Origin: an uncultured Acidobacteriota bacterium
GTDB lineage: Bacteria; Acidobacteriota; Terriglobia; Terriglobales; Acidobacteriaceae
DNA length: 64,000 bases
Reading direction: 5' to 3'
Assembly (NCBI GenBank): GCA_963817855.1
Contig: CAWFQA010000004.1
Coordinates: forward strand, 369,668 to 433,667
The notes below the pieces were generated by a model. The model worked only from the letters and a program-made list of their open reading frames with translations. It was not told the DNA's origin and made no database searches. Shown piece after piece: positions 10,080 to 18,757 of the stretch; position 1 is the stretch's first letter; every line of letters begins with the position of its first letter. The translations under genes were made by a program, and so were the position numbers.

Positions 10080-10577
10080 CTACTCTATTGCCTCGGAAAA
10101 TAGAAAATCCTTCGGCCAGTCGGTTTTGTAGCCCGCTTCCCGCAGCAGACTACTCAACTGCGCCCAATGACGCATGGAATGTAGTTGGATATGGGTAAAC
10201 AGTTTGCGGCGCGAGGCATGCAGCGTTCCCGCGGAAACAGTTTGCAGCGGGATGACTTCAAGCAATGCAGCATCGTTGGCGGTTGAAAGAAAGTTGTGCA
10301 GATTCAGTCTCGCTTGCGCATGGACGGCCATTAAGTCGTCCAATGAGCCAACAGGAATTGCGTCGTAGGACGTCACTTCTTCGCCGAGGAGCCGTTGTGA
10401 ATGACGCAATTCCACCGCAAAGATGTGTTTCAGCAGCCCGCGAACCGTGTCGCTCTTGTAGATCGAGCAGGGAACATCAAGCGCGGCAGGATGATTTGCG
10501 AACCATGCCTGCCATTTTTCCGTGGCGGCTTCATTGTCCACCAGCAACTCTTCCAGCGTGATCGCCGCTATTGTCAT
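10080..10577 (-). CDS. DinB family protein
   Basis: Four-helix-bundle DinB pattern with conserved His positions (LLKHIFAVELRH..., HIQLHSMRHWAQL). Its ATG overlaps the purD stop (ATGA). Confidence 0.8.
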   Translation of the reverse strand: MTIAAITLEELLVDNEAATEKWQAWFANHPAALDVPCSIYKSDTVRGLLKHIFAVELRHSQRLLGEEVTSYDAIPVGSLDDLMAVHAQARLNLHNFLSTANDAALLEVIPLQTVSAGTLHASRRKLFTHIQLHSMRHWAQLSSLLREAGYKTDWPKDFLFSEAIE

Positions 10578-11863
10578 TGTTTCTCCTTGGTCTTCATCAA
10601 AGCGCGGTGGGCGATGTCGTGCCGAAAATACATTCCGTCGAAGTGAATTCTCTGCAGAGCCTCGTACGCCCGATCGCAGGCCAACTGCAAAGTATCCGCG
10701 ACCGCTGTCACGGCCAGAACGCGCCCTCCCGCGGTGACAATATTGCCATCTCGCAAGGCCGTGCCGGCATGAAACACGGTGACACCTTCAATCGCTGCAG
10801 CTTCATCGAGGCCGGTGATCGCGTGGCCAGTCTGCACGCTTCCCGGATATCCCTGGGACGCGGCAATCACAGTAACGGCGGGTTCGCTCCGCCACTGGAG
10901 CTCCACCGTATCCAGATTTCCCTCGACGGCTGCGTTCATCGCCTTCAGTAATTCGCCGTCGGCCAAGCGAGGAAGAATCGCTTCGGTCTCTGGATCTCCA
11001 AACCGCGTGTTGAATTCCAGCAGCATAGGGCCGCGAGCTGTCATCATCAGACCGCAATAGAGAACGCCACGGAAGGGCGCGCCTTCCGCTGCCATGCCAT
11101 CGATGACCGGCTGAGCGATATGGTGCACCAACCAGTCGCGCATCTCCGGCGCCAGCAGCGTGTCGGCCGAATAGGCGCCCATGCCGCCGGTGTTCAGGCC
11201 AGTATCGCCTTCACCGATTCGCTTGTGATCCTGAGCCGCAACGAGGGGCAAAACATGCGATCCATCGGCGAGCACAAGCCAAGATATTTCATCGCCTTTA
11301 AGGAATTCCTCAAGTACAACTTGATGTTGCGCGTCGCCTAGCAGCTGGCCGGCCAACATTCGTTTTGCGATTACTTCCGCTTCGTGTTTCGACTCGCAGA
11401 TAACTACGCCTTTGCCCGCCGCCAAGCCATCCGCTTTCACAACAACGGGGGGGTGAAAGTGCGCGAGGGCGTCTGGCAGCTCCTGGGCGGAACTGCAGAC
11501 GGCATAATGCGCGGTTGGCAGGTGATGCCGCTGCATGAACTCCTTGGCGAACACCTTGCTGGTTTCCAGCAGCGCCGCGCGTCGTGTGGGGCCAAAAACC
11601 CGCATACCCCGGCGAGACAGTTCATCCACCAGGCCCAGGCTCAATGGAACTTCCGGGCCGACGACGGTGAGATCCGGTTGTTCGGCGACAACCACGCGTA
11701 CCAGGTCATCGAGGTCTTTCTGATTCACAGGAACACAGCGGGCCAGCGTTGCAATGCCGCCATTCCCGGGCGCACAAACCACTTCCTGCACACGTGGGGA
11801 TCGGGCGATAGCCCAAACCAGCGCGTGTTCACGGCCGCCGCCGCCGATCACGAGAACCTTCAT
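10574..11863 (-). CDS. purD: Phosphoribosylamine--glycine ligase
   Basis: MKVLVIGGGGREHALVWAI at the proposed ATG (11863). ATP-grasp core and full-length PurD colinearity. The ORF track extends 20 codons further upstream. Confidence 0.95.
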   Translation of the reverse strand: MKVLVIGGGGREHALVWAIARSPRVQEVVCAPGNGGIATLARCVPVNQKDLDDLVRVVVAEQPDLTVVGPEVPLSLGLVDELSRRGMRVFGPTRRAALLETSKVFAKEFMQRHHLPTAHYAVCSSAQELPDALAHFHPPVVVKADGLAAGKGVVICESKHEAEVIAKRMLAGQLLGDAQHQVVLEEFLKGDEISWLVLADGSHVLPLVAAQDHKRIGEGDTGLNTGGMGAYSADTLLAPEMRDWLVHHIAQPVIDGMAAEGAPFRGVLYCGLMMTARGPMLLEFNTRFGDPETEAILPRLADGELLKAMNAAVEGNLDTVELQWRSEPAVTVIAASQGYPGSVQTGHAITGLDEAAAIEGVTVFHAGTALRDGNIVTAGGRVLAVTAVADTLQLACDRAYEALQRIHFDGMYFRHDIAHRALMKTKEKQ

Positions 11864-11958
11864 GCGTGCCTTCGCTCCTTGGTATAAAAACAGGGTATCA
11901 GTCTCGCGCGCGATTTGCGGCACAGAGGCTGGATACGTGAGATACCAAAAAAACGGTT

Positions 11959-12378
11959 ATGGATGATCCTTACAATTTGCGGCGATTCATTGAGGCGCAA
12001 GGGCCCGTCTACGCGCAGGTGTGCGCAGAATTGCGACGCGGCCAGAAAACCGGACACTGGATGTGGTTTATCTTCCCGCAGATTCGCGGCCTTGGGTCCA
12101 GCGAAACCGCCCAGTATTTCGCCATCGCGAGCGCCCAGGAAGCGGCTGCATATGGAGCGCATCCGTTGCTGGGAGCCAGGCTACAACAATGCACGGGGTT
12201 TGTTTTGCAGATCGACAACAGGTCGGTCGAGCAGATCTTCGGCTATCCAGACAACCTGAAATTTCACTCTTCAATGACCCTGTTCGCCCGAGCGGTCCAG
12301 GAGAACCAGGTGTTCCTTGACGCTTTGAAAAAGCATTTTTCCGGGGCGCTCGATCCACAAACGCTGGCGCGGTTGTAA
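11959..12378 (+). CDS. DUF1810 family protein
   Basis: DPYNLRRFIEAQGPVYAQVCAELRRGQKTGHWMWFIFPQIRGLG...FGYPDNLKFHSSMTLF matches the DUF1810 signature. Confidence 0.8.
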   Translation: MDDPYNLRRFIEAQGPVYAQVCAELRRGQKTGHWMWFIFPQIRGLGSSETAQYFAIASAQEAAAYGAHPLLGARLQQCTGFVLQIDNRSVEQIFGYPDNLKFHSSMTLFARAVQENQVFLDALKKHFSGALDPQTLARL

Positions 12379-12419
12379 TCAGTCTTTCTCGGAAGCCGCG
12401 CGAAACCCGCAGCTCACTG

Positions 12420-12949
12420 CTATCCATTGCTGCCGGTCGGAGATGTCGTCTGCGTGGGTGGCCTCTCTGCTCCCTCCCATCGCAACGGCGGGAATCCGAC
12501 GATATCCTAGGTGCCGGAAGCGACACCGATGTTTGCCCTTTCAAGACCGTCAAGAATGTTGCGGCTGATGCGGTCTTTCAGGCTACGAATGGAGTGGGTA
12601 CTGCAGAGGACGCGAATCGTCAGTTCCACCCAATTGTCGGCGATGCGCAGAAACACCCGCGACTCCAGATGGGCGCTTCAATAAAGTAGCGGCGATGCAG
12701 CCGGTCCAGCTCCGGTTGAACCATGTGCGAAATGTCGTGGGTGTTGTGGCCGACGGCCTCCAGCATGATCTCTTCAGCTTTGCGGCGGTCATCTTTATAG
12801 GAGATGGGAATGTGCATTTCCTCCAAGATGTAAGGAAAAGGCGTGTTGGATTGTCGAATCAGATGGAGAGCAACCCAATGACCCCAGCAGAAACATGGCC
12901 ACGCTGATGCCCTGGCGCGTCCAGAAAGTGGTTCGTTGGCGGCTTTGGC
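12420..12949 (-). pseudogene. Mechanosensitive channel (MscS family) remnant, 5'-truncated, with a frameshift and an in-frame stop
   Basis: The frame from 12949 reads ...NTPFPYILEEMHIPISYKDDRRKAEEIMLEAV...RRYFIEAPIWSR. The sense then continues in another frame as RVFLRIADNWVELTIRVLCSTHSIRSLKDRISRNILDGLERANIGVASGT, then TAG (12507-12509), then DIVGFPPLRWEG... Only about 175 codons remain, with no TM region. Confidence 0.5.
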
Positions 12950-13016
12950 TCACTCTATGGGTGGATGAAGCGAGGCAGCTTGCCCAGCAGACTACGGTAA
13001 GCAGCCAAAGGTTCTG

Positions 13017-13880
13017 CTAATTAGCCCACATATTCGCTTCGTCGATATATTCGGTCAACGTCGCCGTGCCATCGCTCACAGGCTCGGCATCCAGCTGAAA
13101 ATGAAATCCGCTGGTGGAATGCCAACCTGGATGAATCGGCCCCGCAGGTTGCGACAGGTTCCACGCGTAGGTGGTTCCGTTCAGCGTCATCGAGTCATAG
13201 TAGAGGCATTCTGTGCCGCCGCAGGCGGTGTCGCCAATCACGCGGTGATCCGTAAACTGCAGGTGATTCCAGGCGCCGAACTTGGGCCCGCTCGTAACGT
13301 CGGTATCGATCCACTGATGATTGCCCTGATTCCAAATCTGCCATTTTCCTCTTCGCTGGTTCCACTGCACGCCCCACATGATGTTGAGTTGGCGTGTGGC
13401 ATCGAACAGGAACGCGTCGTACTCGAGCGTAGCCAAGTGGGAGGAACTAACCGGGTACGCCCAGAAATCGGTATGCATTTGCGTACAGGCATCGCAGCCC
13501 TTGGCCTTGTAGGGCCACAAAACATTGGTGAAGAAATTCGCTGAATTTACCGTTTCCGTCACCATCATCGAAGCCCCGTCGACCGACGGATTTGCGTTGT
13601 TGATGGTCTGGTCGGAGGAAACCGGAATGCCTTTCCCGCCGGGGTGACAATCGGGCATGGTACATGGGCTCCAGTGACTCAACGTGTCGTCCGCATTGTT
13701 GACTACGATTTTGCTCCCGGCCCCGAGAGAACTAATTCCAGCCGAGGTTGCAGCGGGGGGCGTTTCGTCTCGCTGAACGGGTCTTTTGGGAGTTGCTCCA
13801 TTGTTCAGGGCGAGCATCGTCGGTCCAGGTAAAGTGGCGGCGGCGACGGCGAGCACGATAAGAAAAATGCGCATCAGCAT
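13017..13880 (-). CDS. Secreted Trp/Cys-rich hypothetical protein
   Basis: Signal-peptide-like start MLMRIFLIVLAVAAATLPG at 13880 (the ORF track extends to 14024). The mature part has 12 Trp and six Cys in three close pairs (CTMPDC, CDAC, CGGTEC). No family recognised. Confidence 0.6.
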   Translation of the reverse strand: MLMRIFLIVLAVAAATLPGPTMLALNNGATPKRPVQRDETPPAATSAGISSLGAGSKIVVNNADDTLSHWSPCTMPDCHPGGKGIPVSSDQTINNANPSVDGASMMVTETVNSANFFTNVLWPYKAKGCDACTQMHTDFWAYPVSSSHLATLEYDAFLFDATRQLNIMWGVQWNQRRGKWQIWNQGNHQWIDTDVTSGPKFGAWNHLQFTDHRVIGDTACGGTECLYYDSMTLNGTTYAWNLSQPAGPIHPGWHSTSGFHFQLDAEPVSDGTATLTEYIDEANMWAN

Positions 13881-14186
13881 GAGAATACAAAAACTTAAGA
13901 TGTTGCAACCGCTGCCCCGGATGTACCGCAGCAAAGTGTGGTGTCGCTTTAATTGCCGAGCTTCGGGCGGTAGCATAAGAGTGGCGGCGACAGGCTGCCG
14001 CAAGCCTATGATCTTCGTGCCCAAGGTTCTGTTCTTGAAACGCTGGCACCGCGGGAAACCCGACCGCGGGTAAAGGCCGCCCCATTCCTCATTCGTTATG
14101 ACACAGTCGTAGAATTATTACGACACATTCTTGACCGTCGGGCACGGCTCTGCGTCTGCCCGCCACGCCTTTTGAGGAGCCTCACC

Positions 14187-16985
14187 ATGAATAGTTTTCA
14201 GAGCCAGTCCGAATTGAAATCCGGCAGCCATACATACGAAATTTTCAAACTCAGCGCGCTCGCGAAGCACGGCGTCTCGCTCGAAAGCCTGCCCTACTCG
14301 CTGCGCATCCTGCTTGAAAATCTGCTGCGCCACGAGGACGGAAAAAGTGTCACCGCCGAGGACATTGAATTTCTGGCGAAGTGGGACGCGAAGGCCGAGC
14401 CCTCGCGCGAAATTGCTTACATGCCGGCGCGCGTTCTGATGCAGGATTTCACCGGCGTTCCCGCCGTCGTCGACTTGGCGGCGATGCGCGATGCCATGCA
14501 CTCACTGGGTGGCGATCCGGAAAAGATCAACCCGTTACAGCCTGCGGAGTTGGTGATTGACCACTCGGTGCAGGTGGATCAGTACGGCACAGGCGATTCG
14601 TACCAGATCAATTCCTTGCTGGAATATCAGCGCAACGTGGAACGCTACGCTTTTCTGAAGTGGGGACAAACGGCGTTCCATAATTTTTCCGCCGTGCCCC
14701 CGGGCATGGGCATTTGCCATCAAGTGAATCTTGAATATCTGGCCCGCGTTGTATTTACCACGCAGCCCAATGCGAAAGGCGTCGTGCAGGCGTACCCGGA
14801 CACGCTGGTCGGCACGGATTCTCACACGACCATGATCAACGGACTCGGCGTGCTCGGCTGGGGCGTAGGCGGAATCGAAGCGGAAGCCGCCATGCTCGGC
14901 CAGCCAGTATCCATGCTTGTGCCGCAGGTGGTGGGCTTCAAGTTATCAGGCAAACTGCGCGAAGGAACGACGGCGACCGACCTGGTGTTGACTGTGACCG
15001 AGATGCTGCGCAAGCACGGCGTGGTCGGCAAATTTGTGGAGTTTTACGGAGCGGGCATTAGCGAGCTTTCCTTGGCCGATCGCGCCACAATTGGAAACAT
15101 GGCGCCGGAATATGGAGCTACCTGCGGCATATTTCCAGTGGATGCGGAAACGCTGCGCTACCTGAAACTGACAGGCCGCAGCGATGAGCAGATTGCACTG
15201 GTCGAGGCATATTACAAGGAGCAAGGGCTCTTCCACACGCCGGACGCACCGGAGGCGAAGTACTCTGCGACGCTGTCGCTCGATCTTGCGATGGTCGAGC
15301 CAAGCGTAGCCGGGCCGAAGCGTCCGCAGGATCGCGTCAAGTTGAGCGACGCCGCGTCGAGCTTTAAAAAGCATTTGCCTGCATTGCAGGGGCCCCATGC
15401 CAGTGCCAATGCCGACCGGCAGGTGCAGCGGTGGGATGGTGAAGGCGGCCATCCGTCCGCGAATGGAAATACGAATGCCAAAGGCGCTGCAGAGCCTGGC
15501 CATGCAACCTCGATTCAAGATCGCTTTGGAGTCGATGTGAACAAGTACCTCGACCACGGTTCGATCGTGATTGCGGCGATCACCAGTTGCACGAATACAT
15601 CGAATCCTTCGGTGATGCTGGCGGCAGGATTGCTGGCGAAGAAAGCAGTCGAAAAAGGATTGAAGGTTCCACCCTGGGTGAAGAGTTCTCTCGCACCCGG
15701 TTCGCGCGTCGTTGCAGATTATTACGACAGGGCCGGTCTAACAAAGTATCTCGATCAGCTGCGGTTCAACATTGTTGGCTATGGTTGCACTACGTGTATC
15801 GGCAACTCCGGCCCATTGCCGTCCGATGTCGGCAAGGCGATTGAGGATCACGGCCTTGTGGCTGTGTCTGTGTTGAGCGGCAATCGAAATTTTGAAGGCC
15901 GCATCAATTCCGATGTGCGCGCGAATTATCTGATGTCACCGCCGCTGGTGGTGGCCTATGCGCTGGCCGGGCGCATCGATCACGACTTCGACCACGACGC
16001 ACTGGGCAAAGACAAACAAGGTCAGCCCGTCTATTTGCGGGACATCTGGCCTTCGCAGCAGGAGGTTCAAAACGTGCTTGCCACCTCCATCGATTCGACC
16101 ATGTTTCGCAAACAATATTCGACGGTTAGCGAGGGTGATACCAACTGGCAGAAGCTGAAATTTCCGACCGGAAAGACCTACAGGTGGGAGGCCGATTCGA
16201 CATACATTCGCAAGGCGCCGTACTTCGATGGCATGCACGCCAAGCCGTCCGTGGTGGAGGACATTCATGGCGCGCGCGCCCTGGCTGTGCTGGGCGATAG
16301 CGTGACAACTGACCATATTTCTCCCGCGGGATCCATCAAACTGAATGGCCCGGCAGGGAAGTACCTGGTGGAGCACGGCGTAAAGCCAGCGGACTTTAAC
16401 AGCTATGGATCACGGCGAGGCAATCATGAGGTGATGGTGCGGGGTACATTTGCCAACGTGCGCCTGCGCAACAAGCTGGCGCCGGGAACTGAGGGCGGTG
16501 TGACGCGTTTGCTGCCTGAGGGCGAACAGATGAGCATCTTCGATGCCTCTGTGCGCTATGCGGAGCGGAAGATACCGCTGATCATTCTGGCCGGTAAGGA
16601 GTATGGTTCTGGATCGAGCCGCGACTGGGCAGCGAAGGGGCCGAAGTTGCTGGGTGTGCGGGCAGTGATTGCGGAATCTTTCGAACGCATTCACCGATCC
16701 AACCTGGTTGGGATGGGAATTCTGCCGCTGCAATTTGAAGACGGGCAGAATGTCGAATCGCTCGGCCTGACCGGCGAAGAAGTCTATGACATTCCCGGGT
16801 TGCGCGCGATGCTGGAGTCGAAATTCGCCAATGGTCGCAAGTTGACGGTGAAGGCGAAGACGGCCGACGGCGACGTAAAGGAAATTTCTGCGATTGTCCG
16901 CATCGATACCCCACAGGAAATTCTGTACTACCAGCATGGCGGTATCCTGCTGTACGTGTTGCGGCAACTGGCGGGCAAGGCGTAG
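14187..16985 (+). CDS. acnA: Aconitate hydratase A
   Basis: GAGGAG 7 nt upstream of the ATG at 14187. Fe-S ligand motifs ITSCTNTSNP and GCTTCIGNSG. About 930 aa, colinear with AcnA/IRP-type aconitases. Confidence 0.95.
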   Translation: MNSFQSQSELKSGSHTYEIFKLSALAKHGVSLESLPYSLRILLENLLRHEDGKSVTAEDIEFLAKWDAKAEPSREIAYMPARVLMQDFTGVPAVVDLAAMRDAMHSLGGDPEKINPLQPAELVIDHSVQVDQYGTGDSYQINSLLEYQRNVERYAFLKWGQTAFHNFSAVPPGMGICHQVNLEYLARVVFTTQPNAKGVVQAYPDTLVGTDSHTTMINGLGVLGWGVGGIEAEAAMLGQPVSMLVPQVVGFKLSGKLREGTTATDLVLTVTEMLRKHGVVGKFVEFYGAGISELSLADRATIGNMAPEYGATCGIFPVDAETLRYLKLTGRSDEQIALVEAYYKEQGLFHTPDAPEAKYSATLSLDLAMVEPSVAGPKRPQDRVKLSDAASSFKKHLPALQGPHASANADRQVQRWDGEGGHPSANGNTNAKGAAEPGHATSIQDRFGVDVNKYLDHGSIVIAAITSCTNTSNPSVMLAAGLLAKKAVEKGLKVPPWVKSSLAPGSRVVADYYDRAGLTKYLDQLRFNIVGYGCTTCIGNSGPLPSDVGKAIEDHGLVAVSVLSGNRNFEGRINSDVRANYLMSPPLVVAYALAGRIDHDFDHDALGKDKQGQPVYLRDIWPSQQEVQNVLATSIDSTMFRKQYSTVSEGDTNWQKLKFPTGKTYRWEADSTYIRKAPYFDGMHAKPSVVEDIHGARALAVLGDSVTTDHISPAGSIKLNGPAGKYLVEHGVKPADFNSYGSRRGNHEVMVRGTFANVRLRNKLAPGTEGGVTRLLPEGEQMSIFDASVRYAERKIPLIILAGKEYGSGSSRDWAAKGPKLLGVRAVIAESFERIHRSNLVGMGILPLQFEDGQNVESLGLTGEEVYDIPGLRAMLESKFANGRKLTVKAKTADGDVKEISAIVRIDTPQEILYYQHGGILLYVLRQLAGKA

Positions 16986-17012
16986 GTGTGTTGCGTTCAA
17001 AGTGACAAAAGA

Positions 17013-17036
17013 GCCCGGAGCGGTCCGGGCTTTTTT
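17013..17036 (+). terminator. Rho-independent terminator after acnA
   Basis: GCCCGGA-gcgg-TCCGGGC stem-loop followed by TTTTTT. Confidence 0.7.
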
Positions 17037-17095
17037 GCGCGTACTACGGTGACCCCTGCCGTTGTATTGTAAGGGAATCTGCTTCTACTTTTCGG

Positions 17096-18307
17096 ATGCC
17101 ACCCCAGCCAACATCGCGCGTCGATCCACAGCTCTCCCTCGCAGGATCTAAGGGACATCGATGGCATCTGCGACGGATTACGTCCGGGGGCTCCTGGATC
17201 CCGGAGATCGATGGACTGCGCTTTGTCGCAATCAGTTCTGTTGTTCTGTATCACATTTTCGCGCAGCTGTTGGTAAAGAGCGGCCAACCGATTACTGTGC
17301 AGGCCCGGTATGCATGGCTCGCCACAGCGGTTGGCAATGGCGACCGGGGCGTTCGGCTTTTCTTTGTCATCAGCGGATTCATTCTTGGCATGGGATTCGT
17401 GCGGCAGCATTTGCACCTTGGCAAGCCCGTCAGCCTGAAGAAGTATTTCCTGCGCCGCGTAACCCGGTTGGAGCCACCGTATATTCTCAATCTTGTTTTT
17501 TGTGCGCTAGTGGCTTTCTTTTATTACCATCAGACGCTTGGCTACATGGTGCCTCATCTGCTGGCAAGTGTCTTGTATCAGCACAACCTGGTCTATCACA
17601 CCCCCAGCCTCATCAATGGGGTTGCGTGGAGCCTGGAAGTTGAAATTCAGTTCTACATCCTGGCGCCACTAATCGCGCTGCTGTTCCGGATATCGAATGC
17701 GACTGCACGACGTTCGCTCTTTCTTGTCCTGATTGCGGTCTGCGGAATTCTGCAGCTTCTTTCGCATGCGAATGCGACCGCCGCCGATTTGACCATCGTT
17801 TTTTACATGCAGTATTTCCTGGCGGGGATGCTGCTGACCGACTTGTACCTGACGGTTCGTCCGCATACTGGGACGCATTGGGGCTGGGATATTCTGAGCC
17901 TGTGCGGCTGGCCGGTGGTATTTGTTGTGCCTCGGGGTTTTCTGTGGTTCCATGCGATCTTGCCCTTCCTGATCATGCTTCTATACATCGCTGCATTTCA
18001 GGGGGTGATCTTCCGTAAATTCTTCAGCAATTTTTGGATCGCCATCATCGGCGGCATGTGCTACTCGATCTATCTGTGGCATTTCTTCACAATTGGAGTG
18101 TTTTTTAAGCTGACGCGGCACCTGATCGTGTTCCAAGATTTCCTACTGAACTTCGTTGTGCAGGTGATTGCATTAGGGATTCCCATCGCCGTGGTTAGCC
18201 TGCTGGCCTATGTGCTGGTTGAGAGGCCTTGCATGGATCCTGCGTGGCCGCGGAAGCTCTGGCAAGTGTTGACAGGCAGAGGAGCGACCCCACCATCAGC
18301 ACAATGA
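17096..18307 (+). CDS. Acyltransferase family 3 integral membrane protein
   Basis: IPEIDGLRFVAISSVVLYHIF and FFVISGFILG motifs, with about 10 hydrophobic helices. Confidence 0.85.
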   Translation: MPPQPTSRVDPQLSLAGSKGHRWHLRRITSGGSWIPEIDGLRFVAISSVVLYHIFAQLLVKSGQPITVQARYAWLATAVGNGDRGVRLFFVISGFILGMGFVRQHLHLGKPVSLKKYFLRRVTRLEPPYILNLVFCALVAFFYYHQTLGYMVPHLLASVLYQHNLVYHTPSLINGVAWSLEVEIQFYILAPLIALLFRISNATARRSLFLVLIAVCGILQLLSHANATAADLTIVFYMQYFLAGMLLTDLYLTVRPHTGTHWGWDILSLCGWPVVFVVPRGFLWFHAILPFLIMLLYIAAFQGVIFRKFFSNFWIAIIGGMCYSIYLWHFFTIGVFFKLTRHLIVFQDFLLNFVVQVIALGIPIAVVSLLAYVLVERPCMDPAWPRKLWQVLTGRGATPPSAQ

Positions 18308-18334
18308 AAAAGGGCTCAGACAAATCCAAGCCCT
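18307..18334 (-). terminator. Possible terminator for the minus-strand small gene (convergent with the acyltransferase)
   Basis: AGGGCT-12 nt-AGCCCT hairpin followed on the minus strand by a TTTT run. The stem is short, so this call is weak. Confidence 0.4.
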
Positions 18335-18356
18335 GCTTTCCAAATTTTGTTGCGAT

Positions 18357-18563
18357 CTAAATGCCGACGCCGTACTCCACGCTGCCGCCGTTGTCGCCGG
18401 CGTGGGAATAGAAATCGTACGGGGTGCGATGATTCAGCAGGTATCGGGCACGAAGATTTCGCCCAACGTAGATGCCAACCGCTACCGCGCCAGTCGCCAC
18501 GGACGCCCATGCAATGATGCGAACCCAAGGTTTTTTCGCCATGCAAGCACTCATATCAATCAT
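18357..18563 (-). CDS. Small membrane-anchored hypothetical protein
   Basis: ORF with one hydrophobic helix (WVRIIAWASVATGAVAVGIYVG). The start is ambiguous (18629, 18563, 18554 or 18542). Confidence 0.4.
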   Translation of the reverse strand: MIDMSACMAKKPWVRIIAWASVATGAVAVGIYVGRNLRARYLLNHRTPYDFYSHAGDNGGSVEYGVGI

Positions 18564-18757
18564 TTTTTCCGGCCCAACCTTCCTTTGAGGCTGCTCCTGC
18601 CTGACCCGTCGTAAGCTCAGACGCTGCATGCCAGAATCTTATCGCAAAACCATTCGTATAGTGCGTTCATCGGTTAAGAATCGGAAAAAATGTACTTACT
18701 TTGGTACATGTCGAGTTGTATGCGGAACAAGTGCAAATGGTTGGATAGCCGACACTT

